Positions 28,274 to 40,307 of a stretch of DNA of 64,000 bases are shown piece after piece; position 1 is the stretch's first letter, and each line of letters starts with the position of its first letter. The position numbers and the translations under genes are program-made. A model generated the notes under the pieces. It did no database searches. It was given only the letters and a program-made list of their open reading frames with translations, and had not been told where the DNA came from. Where the stretch lies: contig CAVRJY010000006.1 in assembly GCA_963721805.1 (NCBI GenBank), positions 1 to 64,000 of the forward strand, written 5' to 3'. This DNA is from Nitrospirota bacterium (GTDB taxonomy: Bacteria > Nitrospirota > Thermodesulfovibrionia > Thermodesulfovibrionales > JdFR-86).

Positions 28274-29118
28274 CCGAAAAACTCCGGGTAGGCAATATCT
28301 CATACACGAACCTCTACCCGATCCTGTACATGCTCAGGCAGTCGCTTGACCCGGCCGAATTCGAGGTCTACCCCTCCTTCCCGGCCGAGCTGAACCGGAT
28401 GATGCGCCTCGGGGAGATGGACATAAGCCCTTCGTCGTCAATCGAATACCTGAGAAACGAGCGTTTATACGATCTGATCGAGGGGCATTCGATTAGCGCA
28501 AAAGGCAGGGTGCGGAGCGTCCTGCTATGGAGCCGCGTGCCAATAGCGTCCCTCGACGGCCACCACGTTCACGCCACTCACCAGTCCGAGACCTCGGTGG
28601 CGCTGCTGAAGGTGATCTTCGCGGAGTTTCTGGGGATCGCCTGTGAGGTGCGCGTGACCGACTCGCCGTTTGAAGCGGCCCTCTCGGCCCATACGGCTTA
28701 CCTCTCGATAGGGGACGAGGCGCTTGAGGCGGTGCGTGACTCCGAGTTGATAGAGCCGCCCCTTAAGGGTGTCTCGTACAGGCTCGCCACGGTCTCTCGC
28801 CAGCGCTTCTACGTCTATGACCTTGGGGAGCTCTGGCACCGCCACACAGGCAAGCCGTTCGTATACGCGCTCTGGATCGTGCGCAAAGGGCTCTCGCCTG
28901 AAAAAAAGGCGCTGCTGGGAAAGTTCAGGGCGTTGCTCGACCTCGCGAGGGACGGGGCTCCGGGAAGGTTTGAGCTGATTGCGCAGGGCGAGGGGCTGGT
29001 GCTCCCGCCGCCCGACCTCGTAGAATACTGGAGAACCCTCGACTACGGCCTCGGCCCGGAAAACCTCGAGGGGTTGGCTCTCTTCCGCGTCTACCTGATG
29101 AAGCTCGGCCTTATCTGA
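28270..29118 (+). CDS. mqnA: Chorismate dehydratase (futalosine menaquinone pathway)
   Basis: [46 protein letters not shown] overlap. Confidence 0.88.
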   Translation: MTEKLRVGNISYTNLYPILYMLRQSLDPAEFEVYPSFPAELNRMMRLGEMDISPSSSIEYLRNERLYDLIEGHSISAKGRVRSVLLWSRVPIASLDGHHVHATHQSETSVALLKVIFAEFLGIACEVRVTDSPFEAALSAHTAYLSIGDEALEAVRDSELIEPPLKGVSYRLATVSRQRFYVYDLGELWHRHTGKPFVYALWIVRKGLSPEKKALLGKFRALLDLARDGAPGRFELIAQGEGLVLPPPDLVEYWRTLDYGLGPENLEGLALFRVYLMKLGLI

Positions 29119-32100
29119 AACCCAGCTTAAGCCCCTTGTGGTATTCCTGAAGTGACTTCACGCTGAGCTTGCCGGCATTGAGCATCGTCACGGCCTCGGC
29201 CATCGCGCGCGCCCCGGCCATCGTGGTGGTATAAGGGACCCCGTACTGCAGCGCGCTTTGGCGTATCGAGGCCGAGTCCTGCTTGGCCTTCGTCCCGCTT
29301 ACGGTGTTGACGACGAAGCTCACAGCGCGGTTCTTGATCGCGTCCACTATGTGCGGCCTGCCCTCCTGCACCTTGTTTACGACCTCGACCTTAAGGCCGT
29401 TGTCGCTTAGGTGCTTCGCCGTGCCCCGCGTCGCCATCACCTTAAAGCCCGCGGCTATGAGTTTGCGCACGACGGGGACGGCGTGGGGCTTGTCCTTGTC
29501 CTTGAGGCTAAGCACGATAGTCCCTGACTTCGGTATCGGGTTATTCGATGAGGCCTCGGCCTTGGCGTACGCCATGCCGAAACTCGTATCTATACCCATG
29601 ACCTCTCCGGTGGACTTCATCTCCGGGCCGAGGATGGTATCGACGCCCGGGAAGCGGTCGAAGGGGAACACCGCCTCCTTCACCGTGACATGGTTTATCG
29701 TGCGCTCCTCATCGAGCCCGAGCTCCGCGAGCGAATGCCCTGCCATGACCTTCGCCGCGACCTTCGCAAGCGGCACCCCGGTCGTCTTGCTCACGTATGG
29801 AATCGTACGCGATGCGCGCGGGTTGACCTCAAGCACGTATATCTCGTCGGCCTTGACCGCGAACTGCACGTTCATCAGCCCGATCACCCCGAGCTCGAGC
29901 GCCATCTCGCGCGTCTGGCGCTTGATCTCCGCCACCACCGGGGCCGATAGCGAATACGGCGGGAGCGAGCAGGCCGAATCCCCTGAATGAATGCCCGCCT
30001 CCTCGATATGCTCCATCACGCCGCCTACATAGACGGTCTTTCCATCACAGACAGCGTCGACGTCGACCTCGACCGCGTCATCGAGATATTTGTCCACGAG
30101 CACCGGGTGTTCGTTCGAAGCCTTCACAGCGCGCGTCATGTATGACTCGAGCGCGCGCTCGTCATAGACTATCTCCATCGCGCGGCCTCCGAGCACGTAG
30201 GACGGCCTGACCATCACGGGGTAGCCTATCTTCTGGGCCGCCTCGCGCGCCTCATCGAAGCTCAGCACGGTCTCGCTCTCGGCCTGCCTGAGGTCAAGCT
30301 TATGCAGGAGTTCCTTGAACCGTTTTCTGTCCTCGGCGCGGTCTATGGAGTCCGGCGACGTGCCCATGATCTTCACGCCCTCGCGCTCGAGCGGCACAGC
30401 GAGCTTAAGCGGCGTCTGGCCCCCGAACTGCACGATCACGCCCTCAGGGGCCTCGGTGCGTATGATCGAGAGCACGTCTTCCAATGTTAGCGGCTCGAAA
30501 TACAGGCGGTCGGCGGTGTCATAGTCCGTGCTGACCGTCTCGGGGTTGCAGTTGACCATGATCGTCTCGTACCCAAGTTCGCGCAGCGCGAATACCGCGT
30601 GCACGCAGCAGTAGTCGAACTCTATGCCCTGCCCTATCCTGTTGGGACCGGAGCCGAGGATCACGACCTTTTTCTTGTCAGACGGGTTGGCCTCGCACTG
30701 CGTGCGTGGCGCCTCGCCCACGCGGCCGAAAGGCCGCTCGTACGTGGAATAGAGGTATGGCGTGAAAGCCTCGAACTCGGCACCGCAGGTATCGACCATC
30801 TTGTATACCGGCCTGAGGGCGAGCCTCTCCCTGCGGTGGCGTATATCGGCCTCTGTAGTGCCCGAAAGCCGCGCGAGCCTCCTGTCCGAAAAACCATACC
30901 CCTTGGCGTCGAGCATCATATCGTCTGTCAGCGATGCCCTCACCACACTCTCGTAATCGATTATCCTGCGTATGTTCTCGAGGAACCATGGATCTATCGC
31001 GGTGAGCTCAAACAGTTCCTCGTTGCCCATCCCGCGGCGTATGGCCTCGCCAAGATACCATAGCCTCTCGGGGCCCGGCACCTTGAGCCGCATCTCTATC
31101 TCGTCCTCCGTCGCGGCCGGCATGTCCTCAAACCCGTACGAGTCGAGCTCCAGGCTGCGGATCGCCTTTTGGAGCGATTCCCTGAACGTGCGACCTATGG
31201 CCATGACCTCGCCCACGGACTTCATCTGCGTGGTGAGCGTCGGGTTCGCCTCCGGGAATTTCTCGAACGCGAACCGGGGCACCTTCGTGACCACGTAGTC
31301 TATCGTCGGCTCGAACGAGGCCGGCGTAAGCCGCGTTATATCATTCGGTATCTCGTTAAGCGCATAGCCCACTGCGAGCTTCGCCGCGATCTTGGCTATC
31401 GGAAACCCGGTGGCCTTGCTCGCAAGCGCAGAGCTGCGCGAGACGCGCGGGTTCATCTCGATGATTATCATGCGGCCGTCTTCGGGGTTCAGCGCGAACT
31501 GAATGTTGCTGCCGCCTGTATCGACGCCGATCTCACGGATGATCGCGATAGCCGCGTCGCGCATTCGCTGGTACTCGCGGTCGGTGAGCGTCTGGGCCGG
31601 AGCCACTGTGATCGAATCCCCTGTGTGAATGCCCATGGGGTCGAGGTTCTCTATAGAGCATATGATGACCACGTTATCGCGCGTGTCGCGCATGACCTCA
31701 AGCTCGTATTCCTTCCATCCGAGCGCGGACTGCTCGATCAGGACCTGGCTAACGGGGCTGAGCTTGAGCCCGTTTTCGAGCAGCTCCTTGTATTCTTCGA
31801 GGTTATAGGCGATGCCGCCCCCGGTGCCGCCCATCGTGAACGCCGGGCGGAAGATCGACGGGAACCCGATCTCCTCGATAGCGTTCATGCCCTCCTCTAT
31901 AGTCGTAACCGCGCGGCTTAGGGGCACGTCGAGGCCGATCTTCTTCATCGCCACGCTAAACAGCTCTCGGTCCTCGGCCTTCTTTATCGCCGCGAGCTTG
32001 GCGCCTATGAGTTCGACGTTATATTTATCGAGCACTCCGGTCTCTGCGAGCACGACCGCGAGATTTAACGCGGTCTGGCCGCCCATGGTCGGCAGCAGTG

Positions 32101-32353
32101 CGTCGGGACGCTCCTTCTCGATGATGAGCGTGAGGACCTCGGGCGTGAGCGGCTCAATATAGGTGATGTCGGCGGTCTCGGGGTCTGTCATGATCGTGGC
32201 GGGGTTGGAGTTTACGAGCACGACTTGGTAGCCCTCTTCCCTCAGCGCCTTACAGGCCTGCGTGCCGGAGTAGTCGAACTCGCACGCCTGGCCGATCACT
32301 ATCGGCCCGGAGCCGATCAGCAGAATCTTCTTTATGTCAGTCCTTTTGGGCAA
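29111..32353 (-). CDS. carB: Carbamoyl-phosphate synthase large subunit
   Basis: [30 protein letters not shown]; duplicated ATP-grasp; MGS domain. Confidence 0.98.
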   Translation of the reverse strand: MPKRTDIKKILLIGSGPIVIGQACEFDYSGTQACKALREEGYQVVLVNSNPATIMTDPETADITYIEPLTPEVLTLIIEKERPDALLPTMGGQTALNLAVVLAETGVLDKYNVELIGAKLAAIKKAEDRELFSVAMKKIGLDVPLSRAVTTIEEGMNAIEEIGFPSIFRPAFTMGGTGGGIAYNLEEYKELLENGLKLSPVSQVLIEQSALGWKEYELEVMRDTRDNVVIICSIENLDPMGIHTGDSITVAPAQTLTDREYQRMRDAAIAIIREIGVDTGGSNIQFALNPEDGRMIIIEMNPRVSRSSALASKATGFPIAKIAAKLAVGYALNEIPNDITRLTPASFEPTIDYVVTKVPRFAFEKFPEANPTLTTQMKSVGEVMAIGRTFRESLQKAIRSLELDSYGFEDMPAATEDEIEMRLKVPGPERLWYLGEAIRRGMGNEELFELTAIDPWFLENIRRIIDYESVVRASLTDDMMLDAKGYGFSDRRLARLSGTTEADIRHRRERLALRPVYKMVDTCGAEFEAFTPYLYSTYERPFGRVGEAPRTQCEANPSDKKKVVILGSGPNRIGQGIEFDYCCVHAVFALRELGYETIMVNCNPETVSTDYDTADRLYFEPLTLEDVLSIIRTEAPEGVIVQFGGQTPLKLAVPLEREGVKIMGTSPDSIDRAEDRKRFKELLHKLDLRQAESETVLSFDEAREAAQKIGYPVMVRPSYVLGGRAMEIVYDERALESYMTRAVKASNEHPVLVDKYLDDAVEVDVDAVCDGKTVYVGGVMEHIEEAGIHSGDSACSLPPYSLSAPVVAEIKRQTREMALELGVIGLMNVQFAVKADEIYVLEVNPRASRTIPYVSKTTGVPLAKVAAKVMAGHSLAELGLDEERTINHVTVKEAVFPFDRFPGVDTILGPEMKSTGEVMGIDTSFGMAYAKAEASSNNPIPKSGTIVLSLKDKDKPHAVPVVRKLIAAGFKVMATRGTAKHLSDNGLKVEVVNKVQEGRPHIVDAIKNRAVSFVVNTVSGTKAKQDSASIRQSALQYGVPYTTTMAGARAMAEAVTMLNAGKLSVKSLQEYHKGLKLGFR

Positions 32354-32957
32354 CGCCCACCCCCGTATATTTCGTTAATGCCTCGGTGAGCCGTCCGGCC
32401 TCGCCAGAGTCAGTCGAGGCGAAGACCGTTACCGTCTCCGCGCCCTTAAGATTTAGTCCAACCGTATAAAATTCCTTACGCTCCCCGAATCCGGGTATGT
32501 GCATCCCGTGCTGAAGCGAAATTTTCTCTACTACCTTGATGCCGTCGCGGTTCACTGGGTCGACCACGACAGTTTCGTACGCGATCCCCGTCACATCGGA
32601 CATCGGCATGCTCAGCGTCCGCTTCCTGAGCATGGGGCCGGTCGAGATCGTTATTATGCCAGCGTCCTTGTCCATCTTAAGTTCCAGCTCCTGCTCCGAG
32701 AGCACGAAGAACCTGAACACGAAGAACACCGTCGCGAACAAGGCGACCGCCGGGGCAGCGTATGCCATGCCCGGCCTCATGCCCATCGAAAGCGCGGCCA
32801 TCACCGCGGCCACGAGCACCGCACCGGCAGCGAGCGTCGAGACCATCTCGCGGTTGAATATCCCGCTATGAAGCACGCTGCCCTGCTCGGCCTTATAAGA
32901 GCGCGTCTTAAATAACAGCACAGCCCCGTCGCGCTCGAGCACGTAAGCTTCGCTCAC
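32337..32957 (-). CDS. Hypothetical two-TM membrane protein inside the car operon
   Basis: Overlaps carA stop and carB start; two hydrophobic helices. Confidence 0.75.
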   Translation of the reverse strand: MSEAYVLERDGAVLLFKTRSYKAEQGSVLHSGIFNREMVSTLAAGAVLVAAVMAALSMGMRPGMAYAAPAVALFATVFFVFRFFVLSEQELELKMDKDAGIITISTGPMLRKRTLSMPMSDVTGIAYETVVVDPVNRDGIKVVEKISLQHGMHIPGFGERKEFYTVGLNLKGAETVTVFASTDSGEAGRLTEALTKYTGVGVAQKD

Positions 32958-34063
32958 CCGATAAGTTCCCGAAACCTCATGAATATGTGCGATGCGTCAT
33001 GCGGCCCTGGCCCGGCCTCGGGGTGGTGCTGCACCGATATGGCCGGAAACTCTACGTGCCTCATGCCCTCTTCGGTGCCGTCATATAAATTCTTATGCGT
33101 GAGCACGACCTGATCGCCGAGCGACTTAACGTCAACGCAGTAGTTGTGGTTCTGTGCCGTGATCTCGATGCGCCCGGTGACCAAGTCCATCACCGGGTGG
33201 TTGCCCCCGTGGTGGCCGAACTTGAGCTTATACGTCCGCCCACCGAACGCTAGGCCCATGATCTGGTGCCCGAGGCATATCCCGAATACCGGGAGCTTGC
33301 CAAGGAATTTACAGGTGTTCTCGACGCCGTATGTGATCGCCTCGGGGTCGCCGGGGCCGTTGCTCAGAAACACGCCGTCGGGCTTCATCTCGAGCACCAG
33401 CTCGGCAGGGGTATCGGCCGGGACTACCGTGACGTCAAACCCGTAGTGCACTAGGTTTCTAAGTATGTTGAACTTTATCCCGAAGTCATATGCCACGACC
33501 TTCTTCTTCGTGAGGCCCGCTATCGGATCCAGCCCCCAGAGAGGCTCGGCCCATGTGTATGGCTCCTTAACCGAGACCTCCCGCACATAGTCTATGCCGG
33601 TCAGGCCGGGATGGTCCTTTATCTTCCGGTGCAGCCTCGCGGGGTCAAGCTCTACGGTCGAGATTATGCCCATCTGCGCACCGTGGTCGCGGAGGTGTTT
33701 TGTAAGGGCGCGGGTGTCAATGCCCTCGATTCCGACCTTGCCGTGCTCGCGGAGGTATTCCGTCAGTGACGTGCGCGACCTCCAGTTGCTCGGGAAATCT
33801 ACCTGCTCCCTGACTATAAAACCCTCGGCCTTGGGCGTCGCGGCCGACTCGGCGTCCTCGGGGTTGATCCCGTAGTTGCCGATCTGGGTGTATGTCATCG
33901 TCACGATCTGGCCCCGGTATGAGGGGTCGGTCAGGATCTCCTGATACCCGCTCATCGAGGTATTGAAAACTACCTCTCCGGTGGTCTCGCCCTCGGCCCC
34001 GAAGCCCCGGCCCTCGAAATACGTCCCGTCCTTGAGGACCAATAAAGCCTTTCTCAACGCCAT
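32954..34063 (-). CDS. carA: Carbamoyl-phosphate synthase small subunit
   Basis: GEVVFNTSMSGYQE, SNGPGDP, GICLGHQ, HPEAGPGPHD. Confidence 0.98.
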   Translation of the reverse strand: MALRKALLVLKDGTYFEGRGFGAEGETTGEVVFNTSMSGYQEILTDPSYRGQIVTMTYTQIGNYGINPEDAESAATPKAEGFIVREQVDFPSNWRSRTSLTEYLREHGKVGIEGIDTRALTKHLRDHGAQMGIISTVELDPARLHRKIKDHPGLTGIDYVREVSVKEPYTWAEPLWGLDPIAGLTKKKVVAYDFGIKFNILRNLVHYGFDVTVVPADTPAELVLEMKPDGVFLSNGPGDPEAITYGVENTCKFLGKLPVFGICLGHQIMGLAFGGRTYKLKFGHHGGNHPVMDLVTGRIEITAQNHNYCVDVKSLGDQVVLTHKNLYDGTEEGMRHVEFPAISVQHHPEAGPGPHDASHIFMRFRELIG

Positions 34064-35328
34064 TCATGCACCTTTCCGCCTGATATCGTCACGACAGCCC
34101 TTCCACGGAGCTTCCAGCCATGGAAGGGCGAATTCTTGCCCTTGGATAAAAACTGCTCTGAATCTACCGTGAACTCCTCATCGGGATCGACCACAGTGAT
34201 ATCGGCATCCGCACCCTCGGCAAGCGTGCCTTTCTTTATTCCCATTATCCGCGCGGGCGTGAGCGCCATCTTCTCGATCAGCCCGGGCATCGTAAGCACG
34301 CCCTTGCGCACGAGCGCGAGTCCGAGCGAAAGCGCGGTCTCGAGCCCCGATATGCCTGACGGCGCGCTATCAAACGGGAGCATCTTCTCGTTTCGGTGGT
34401 GCGGGGCGTGGTCTGTCGCGATGACGTCGATCGTCCCGTCCCTGAGCCCCTCGGTCACCGCCTCGACGTCGGTCTGTGTCCGAAGCGGCGGGTTGACCTT
34501 AGCATACGTCCAAAACCCCTCGGCCGCAGCCTCGGTGAGCGAGAAATAATGCGGGCATGTCTCGGCCGTGACCTTGACGCCCCGGCTCTTCGCGTCGCGC
34601 AGGATGCGCACAGCGCCCAGAGTCGAGACGTGCGCGATATGGAGCCTGCCCCCGGTGAGTTCCGCAAGCGCTACGTCCCTGAATACCATGCAATCCTCGG
34701 CAGCGTTCGGGATGCCCCGAAGCCCGAGCGTGTATGAAAGCAGCCCCTCGTTCATCACGCCGCCCTCTGAAAGCCCGAGGTCCTCGGCGTGCGAGATCGC
34801 CGGAACGCCGACCGCCTTAAGGTACTCAAGCGCGCGGCGCATCAGCAGCGGGTTCATCACAGGGCGGCCGTCGTCGGAGAACGCCACGCACCCGGCCTCA
34901 GCCATCATGCCCATCTCGGCGAGTTCCTCGCCCCTCTGGCCCTTCGTGATCGCGCCTATCGGGAGCACCGCGCAGAGGCCGTCCTTGTGGGCCTTCTGTA
35001 TGATCGACTCCGTGATCCCAGCGTTGTCGTTTACGGGATTCGTATTCGGCATCGCGCATACGGTCGTGAACCCTCCGCGGATCGCGGCCATCGTGCCGGT
35101 CTTTATCGTCTCTTTATACTCGAAGCCCGGCTCGCGCAGGTGCACGTGCATGTCCACCAGCCCGGGGATGACATACATCCCACTTGCCTCGATCACCCTG
35201 CAATCTTCGGGCGCCATCAGGCCGGGCTGGACCTTAGTGATCTTCTTGCCCTCTATCAGCACGTCCTGTATCGCGTCAATGCCCTGAGACGGGTCTATTA
35301 CATGGCCGCCACGGATGAGCGTCTTCAT
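34054..35328 (-). CDS. pyrC: Dihydroorotase
   Basis: [29 protein letters not shown]. Confidence 0.97.
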   Translation of the reverse strand: MKTLIRGGHVIDPSQGIDAIQDVLIEGKKITKVQPGLMAPEDCRVIEASGMYVIPGLVDMHVHLREPGFEYKETIKTGTMAAIRGGFTTVCAMPNTNPVNDNAGITESIIQKAHKDGLCAVLPIGAITKGQRGEELAEMGMMAEAGCVAFSDDGRPVMNPLLMRRALEYLKAVGVPAISHAEDLGLSEGGVMNEGLLSYTLGLRGIPNAAEDCMVFRDVALAELTGGRLHIAHVSTLGAVRILRDAKSRGVKVTAETCPHYFSLTEAAAEGFWTYAKVNPPLRTQTDVEAVTEGLRDGTIDVIATDHAPHHRNEKMLPFDSAPSGISGLETALSLGLALVRKGVLTMPGLIEKMALTPARIMGIKKGTLAEGADADITVVDPDEEFTVDSEQFLSKGKNSPFHGWKLRGRAVVTISGGKVHEWR

Positions 35329-36245
35329 GCCTTCACCGCCGCAAGCAGGTACATCACTGCCATCCTCACCGCGAGGCCGTTCGTGACCTGCTCGAGTATC
35401 ACCGACTGCGGGCCGTCGGCCACGGCCGAGGTGATCTCCACGCCCCGGTTCATCGGGCCGGGGTGCATAACGAGCGCGTCTTTCTTGGCGAGCGGCAGGC
35501 GCTCTTGCGTGAGGCCCCAGTAGCGGAAATACTCAACCGCCGAGGGGAAATACCCTGTGCCCTGGCGCTCGGTCTGGATGCGGAGCATCATCAGGACGTC
35601 CGCCCCGCGTATGCCCTCGTCGATGTCGGTGTAGAGCTTTACGCCGAGCGCCGAGAGTTCCTCGGGCAGGAGCGTCGGGGGCCCGATCAGCCGAATGTTG
35701 GCCCCGAGCTTGCTCAGGCAGTATATGTTGGATTTCGCCACGCGGCTGTGGAGGATATCGCCGATTATCGCGACATCCAGGCCCTTGACGGACTGGCGCT
35801 TCTCGATTATCGTGAACGCGTCCAGCAGGGCCTGCGTCGGGTGCTCGTTCATGCCGTCGCCGGCGTTGATGACCGAGGCCTCGATGTTGCGCGCGAGCTG
35901 GTGCGGCACCCCGGACGACCCGTGGCGGATGATGATCGTCTCGGCCCCGAGGGCCTCGACCGTGCGCGCGGTGTCTATGATAGTCTCGCCCTTGACGACC
36001 GAGCTGGTCGGGGTCGAGAAGTTTATGACGTCGTTGCTCAGGCGCTTTGCGGCAAGTTCAAACGATGTCCGCGTGCGCGTGGAGGGCTCGAAAAACAGGT
36101 TCACGACCGTGCGGCCCCGCATCGTCGGGACTTTCTTGATGTCGCGCTTGAAGATGTCCTTAAACCCCTTGGCGGTATCGAGGATCAGGTTGATCTCATC
36201 GACCCCCAGGTCCTTGATGCCCAGCAGGTCCTTGCCCTTAAGCAT
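35325..36245 (-). CDS. pyrB: Aspartate carbamoyltransferase catalytic subunit
   Basis: [29 protein letters not shown]; start MLKGKD at 36245. Confidence 0.97.
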   Translation of the reverse strand: MLKGKDLLGIKDLGVDEINLILDTAKGFKDIFKRDIKKVPTMRGRTVVNLFFEPSTRTRTSFELAAKRLSNDVINFSTPTSSVVKGETIIDTARTVEALGAETIIIRHGSSGVPHQLARNIEASVINAGDGMNEHPTQALLDAFTIIEKRQSVKGLDVAIIGDILHSRVAKSNIYCLSKLGANIRLIGPPTLLPEELSALGVKLYTDIDEGIRGADVLMMLRIQTERQGTGYFPSAVEYFRYWGLTQERLPLAKKDALVMHPGPMNRGVEITSAVADGPQSVILEQVTNGLAVRMAVMYLLAAVKA

Positions 36246-36780
36246 CAGGGCCGCCCTTTTCAAGCTTGACCACGTCTTCGGCCTCGCCTTCCTCGGTGAG
36301 CATAACCAAGACGACCTCGTCCTGCGAGGTGGGGATGTTCTTGCCAACGTAATCGGCGCGGATCGGGAGTTCGCGGTGGCCCCGGTCGATCAGGACCGCA
36401 AGCTGTATGCGCGAGGGCCGGCCGATGTCCAGGAGGGCGTCCATCGCCGCGCGGATCGAGCGGCCGGTAAACAGCACGTCATCTACGAGCACGACCGTCC
36501 TGCCGTCGATGTTGCAGGGGATATCCGTGGTGCTCGCCGTGGGCTGCCGCCTGATGCCGAGGTCGTCGCGGTAGAACGTTATGTCCAGCGAGCCTGTCGG
36601 GATGCCCTGCCGCTCGATCTTCGAGATGCGCTCGGCTATGCGCTCGGCCAGGTGCACGCCGCCCTTCTGGATGCCGACGATGCAGAGTGCTTCGACCCCC
36701 TTGTTGCGCTCGATGATCTCGTGGCTGATGCGCAACAAGGCGCGTTCGATATCGTTTTTATCGAGGAGTTTTTTACTCAT
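36238..36780 (-). CDS. pyrR: PyrR regulator / uracil PRTase
   Basis: [38 protein letters not shown]. Confidence 0.97.
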   Translation of the reverse strand: MSKKLLDKNDIERALLRISHEIIERNKGVEALCIVGIQKGGVHLAERIAERISKIERQGIPTGSLDITFYRDDLGIRRQPTASTTDIPCNIDGRTVVLVDDVLFTGRSIRAAMDALLDIGRPSRIQLAVLIDRGHRELPIRADYVGKNIPTSQDEVVLVMLTEEGEAEDVVKLEKGGPDA

Positions 36781-36807
36781 TATTTTTAGCGGCCTCCGGC
36801 TTTGGGC

Positions 36808-36911
36808 AAAAAAAAGCCTCCCCTTTGGCTGGGAAGGCGATATGGCGTTGTATGCATTTCAAGCAAGGGCTCCTTTGCCTTCTCAGCATCACGGTGCTAT
36901 TCTTAAAGGCA
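36808..36911 (-). promoter_or_regulatory. PyrR-binding attenuator leader with terminator
   Basis: Minus strand TGCCTTTAAGAATAGCACCGTGATGCTGAGAAGGCA (CCUUUAA...GAGAAGG binding loop), then GCCTTCCC..GGGAGGC-T8 terminator. Confidence 0.85.
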
Positions 36912-37005
36912 GGGATATTTAACCAAATAACGCCCCGCCCTGTCAATCGCCGCATTAAAAAGCCCTAAATTGACACATCTTTATGGTTTGTGTGATAATT
37001 TCGAT

Positions 37006-39282
37006 ATGGCTGAAAAGGCTTTCCTCATCAGCGAGGCCCAGAAGCTCCTTGCTAAGGGTCAGGTGGACAAAGCTATCTCTAAATGGGAAGAGGTTGCCAA
37101 GGCGTTCCCCGAAGGAAACACCTACAACTTCATAGGCGATCTATACCTGAAGAAGGGCGACCGCAACCTCGCGGTCGAGACGCTCCACAAGGCAGCCAAG
37201 ATATACACCGACGAGGGCTTCTCGCTCAAGGCCCTTGCGCTGTACAAAAAGATACTCAACATCAACCCCCAGGACGCTGGAGCATTGATCGCCCTGGGCG
37301 TGCTCAACGAGGCCAAAAAGCTCGTCCCCGACGCGATAAGGTATTACCTCGCGGCTGCCGACTCCCTGCTTAAGGACAGGAAACTCGATGAGGTCCCCTC
37401 GGTCTACGACAAGATACTGAACCTCGCGCCCACGAACATCACGCTGCGCATCAAGATCGCGGACAAGTATACGCAGGAGGGTTTCATCTCCGAGGCCTCG
37501 CGCGAGCACTGCCGCGCCGGGATGATCCACCTCGAGGCCGGCGATATCGCGAACGCCGAGAGGCACCTCGCCAAGGCCATCGAGATGCGGCCGACGAACC
37601 GCGAGGCGATATACGCGCTGAGCGAGATATACGCCACGCATGGAGACCACAGGCGCGCCCTCGCATTCAACCGCGCCTCTCTGGAACGGCTCGGCGACGA
37701 CCTGAAGCTGCTCGTCAACACCGCACGGATACTCGTGGCGGACAGCGAGTTCGACGAGGCCTCGACGATCCTGTTTAAGACCCTGACCAAGGAGCCCTCA
37801 AACACGGACGCGAAGACCGTCCTCGGAGACTTGTACTTCAAGACCGGCGAGCCCCAGAAGGCATGGAAGGAATACAGGGCCGCGATAGACGAGCTGTTGC
37901 GGGTCGGCAAAAACGATGCCGCGATCGAACTGCTGGCGGCCCATAAGGATCTCGACCCCGAGACCGCGCGCAAAAAGCTCGCGAAGGTCTACCGCATCTG
38001 CGGCCAGGATGCGCTCGCGGTCGCTGAACTCATGCAGCTGCACGACATATATCTCTCCAAAAACGAGAGCGGGCCGGCCCTCGAGGTCCTCCGCGAGGCA
38101 TACGAGATCCAGCCCTACAATACAGATATCAAGCACCTGATGGACAGCATCGAGGCCCGGGAGGCTGCGGCCGCCCACCCGGCCGGATGGCCTTCTTCCG
38201 AAGACCGGTCCATCTCCCTGGACGATACTGCCCTGCACATGCCGGCAGCGCCCGAGACGCAGGAAGAGACCGAGATCGAGACCGAGGCCGAGCCCCAGCC
38301 GGCAGCGCCAGGCCGGTCGGTGGAACTCCCCTTGGGCACTTGGCCGGAACCGCCCGCCGAAGAGTCCGAGGACCGGATCACCGAATGGCCATCGATGGAT
38401 ACAATCGAAGGCGGCGAGGGCCAACTTGAGACGCTCCCGGTGGAAGCGGTCCTCAACGAAGCCGACGTCTTCATAAAATACGGCAAACCATACGAGGCGA
38501 TAAAGCGGCTCGAGTCCCTGAAGGTCCAGGTCCCGAGCAACATGGACGTGCATCTGCGGCTCAAGGCACTCTATACCGAGACCGGCGACATCGAGCAGGC
38601 AGTTACGGAATGCATGATACTGAGTATGCTCAACATGCGGCTCGGCAATGGCGAGGAGCGCAAGCGATACCTCCGCGAGGCTTACGCCCTGAACCCCTCC
38701 GACCCCAGGCTCGAAGGCCGCCTTGCCGAGATCGGCGTCCTCCCGCAGGCCGGGGAGCAGGCCGGGCAGCCTGCCGGGGTCCACGAGATCCCGTCCGAGG
38801 AGCTGGACGATGACGTCCTGAGCATCTTTGACGAGTTCAAACGCGGGCTTGAAAACGAGATCGGCGCCGAGGACTCCGAGACGCACTATAACCTCGGCAT
38901 CGCTTACAAGGAAATGGGGCTGACGGAAGACAGCATAAAGGAATTCCAGCTCGCACAGCGCGATCCCGGTTTCTACGTTCAGGCATCTACCATGCTTGGC
39001 CTCTGCCATATGGAAAAGGGCCAATTCCAGATGGCTGTCGAGGCTTTTACTAACGCGCTTAAAAAGACCCCGGCCGGCGACGAGGGGGCCTGGAGGCTCA
39101 AATACGACCTCGCCGACGCATACGAAAAAGGCGGCAAGACCGATGAGGCCCGCAAGCTCTTCATCGAGGTTCACGGCTGGAAGGCCGACTACCGCGACGT
39201 CGCGGCCAAGGTAGCGCAGCCGGCCCCGGCTGACGCGGCCGACAAAGCCAAGGAGAAAAGAAGCAGGGTTTCGTATATTTAG
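37006..39282 (+). CDS. Multi-TPR protein with acidic linker
   Basis: Repeated TPR helices; C-terminal ETHYNLGIAYKEMGL; TTGACA/TG-GATAAT promoter just upstream. Confidence 0.85.
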   Translation: MAEKAFLISEAQKLLAKGQVDKAISKWEEVAKAFPEGNTYNFIGDLYLKKGDRNLAVETLHKAAKIYTDEGFSLKALALYKKILNINPQDAGALIALGVLNEAKKLVPDAIRYYLAAADSLLKDRKLDEVPSVYDKILNLAPTNITLRIKIADKYTQEGFISEASREHCRAGMIHLEAGDIANAERHLAKAIEMRPTNREAIYALSEIYATHGDHRRALAFNRASLERLGDDLKLLVNTARILVADSEFDEASTILFKTLTKEPSNTDAKTVLGDLYFKTGEPQKAWKEYRAAIDELLRVGKNDAAIELLAAHKDLDPETARKKLAKVYRICGQDALAVAELMQLHDIYLSKNESGPALEVLREAYEIQPYNTDIKHLMDSIEAREAAAAHPAGWPSSEDRSISLDDTALHMPAAPETQEETEIETEAEPQPAAPGRSVELPLGTWPEPPAEESEDRITEWPSMDTIEGGEGQLETLPVEAVLNEADVFIKYGKPYEAIKRLESLKVQVPSNMDVHLRLKALYTETGDIEQAVTECMILSMLNMRLGNGEERKRYLREAYALNPSDPRLEGRLAEIGVLPQAGEQAGQPAGVHEIPSEELDDDVLSIFDEFKRGLENEIGAEDSETHYNLGIAYKEMGLTEDSIKEFQLAQRDPGFYVQASTMLGLCHMEKGQFQMAVEAFTNALKKTPAGDEGAWRLKYDLADAYEKGGKTDEARKLFIEVHGWKADYRDVAAKVAQPAPADAADKAKEKRSRVSYI

Positions 39283-39305
39283 AAAGTTTAAGCTATAATA
39301 TTTGA

Positions 39306-40232
39306 ATGGACTTCCTTAATTATTACGGCCTGCGCGAACACCCCTTCTCCAACGTGGTGGACAACCGCTTCTATTACAGCTCCAGCCAGCAGGCGACCGC
39401 GCTAATCAAACTCCTGCACGCGATCGGCGCCAGGCGCGGCCTTGCGGTCGTCATCGGAGATATAGGCTCCGGGAAGACCACGCTTGCCCGCCGCCTGCTC
39501 GAGGAACTCGACGAGGCCTCCTACGAGGCCGCCCTGCTCGTGATAATCCACTCCACTGTGAGTTCCGAATGGCTGCTTAAGAAGCTCGCCCTGCAGCTAG
39601 GCATAGCGGACGTCAGGCACAACAAGGTAGAACTCCTTGGCCAGCTCTACAGGCGGCTCAACGAGATCCACGACGAGGGGAAGATCGCGGTCGTCCTTAT
39701 GGACGAGGTCCAGATGCTCAACTCCCGCGAGATCATGGAGGAGTTCCGGGGACTTCTTAACATGGAGGCCGCTGAGGGCAAAATGATTAACCTCATCTTC
39801 TTCGGCCTGACCGAACTCGAGACCGTCCTGAGCCTCGACGAGCCCCTAAAACAACGCGTCGCTATGCGCATCATGCTTAAGGCTTTCGACGAGAACGACA
39901 CGGCCGGATACATCAACCACCGCCTCGGCGTCGCTGGCGCTGCGAGGACCATATTCACCCCCGAGGCGATCTCGGCGGTCTACAGGTATTCGACCGGCCT
40001 GCCGAGGCTAATAAACACCATCTGCGACAACGCCCTGCTCGAGGGCTTCCTGGTGAAGTCCGAGACGATCGGCGAGGGCGTTATCACCACGGTAGCTGTC
40101 GACCTAGGGATCACCCCCTCCGACGAGACCGACCCTGTCGAGGCGGTAAGCATGGCGGGGCTCGACCCTGCCGGCGACCAGCTCATCGAGCTTATCGACG
40201 AGGAGCCCGGCAGCAGGGAATCCGAAATTTAA
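39306..40232 (+). CDS. ExeA/GspA-family AAA+ ATPase
   Basis: YYGLREHPF, GDIGSGKTT, LMDEVQ, GLPRLINTICDNALL. Confidence 0.9.
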   Translation: MDFLNYYGLREHPFSNVVDNRFYYSSSQQATALIKLLHAIGARRGLAVVIGDIGSGKTTLARRLLEELDEASYEAALLVIIHSTVSSEWLLKKLALQLGIADVRHNKVELLGQLYRRLNEIHDEGKIAVVLMDEVQMLNSREIMEEFRGLLNMEAAEGKMINLIFFGLTELETVLSLDEPLKQRVAMRIMLKAFDENDTAGYINHRLGVAGAARTIFTPEAISAVYRYSTGLPRLINTICDNALLEGFLVKSETIGEGVITTVAVDLGITPSDETDPVEAVSMAGLDPAGDQLIELIDEEPGSRESEI

Positions 40233-40307
40233 ATCCGCTTCGCCCTGCCGAGACTTCAGTTACCGCTTAGCCTATTGACGATCCCTGCAAACGCAAAGCC
40301 CAGGTTC

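Noticed and set aside
36246..36347. N-terminal extension of PyrB
   Set aside because: Overlaps pyrR in another frame; SD-like GGGCGG and homology support 36245
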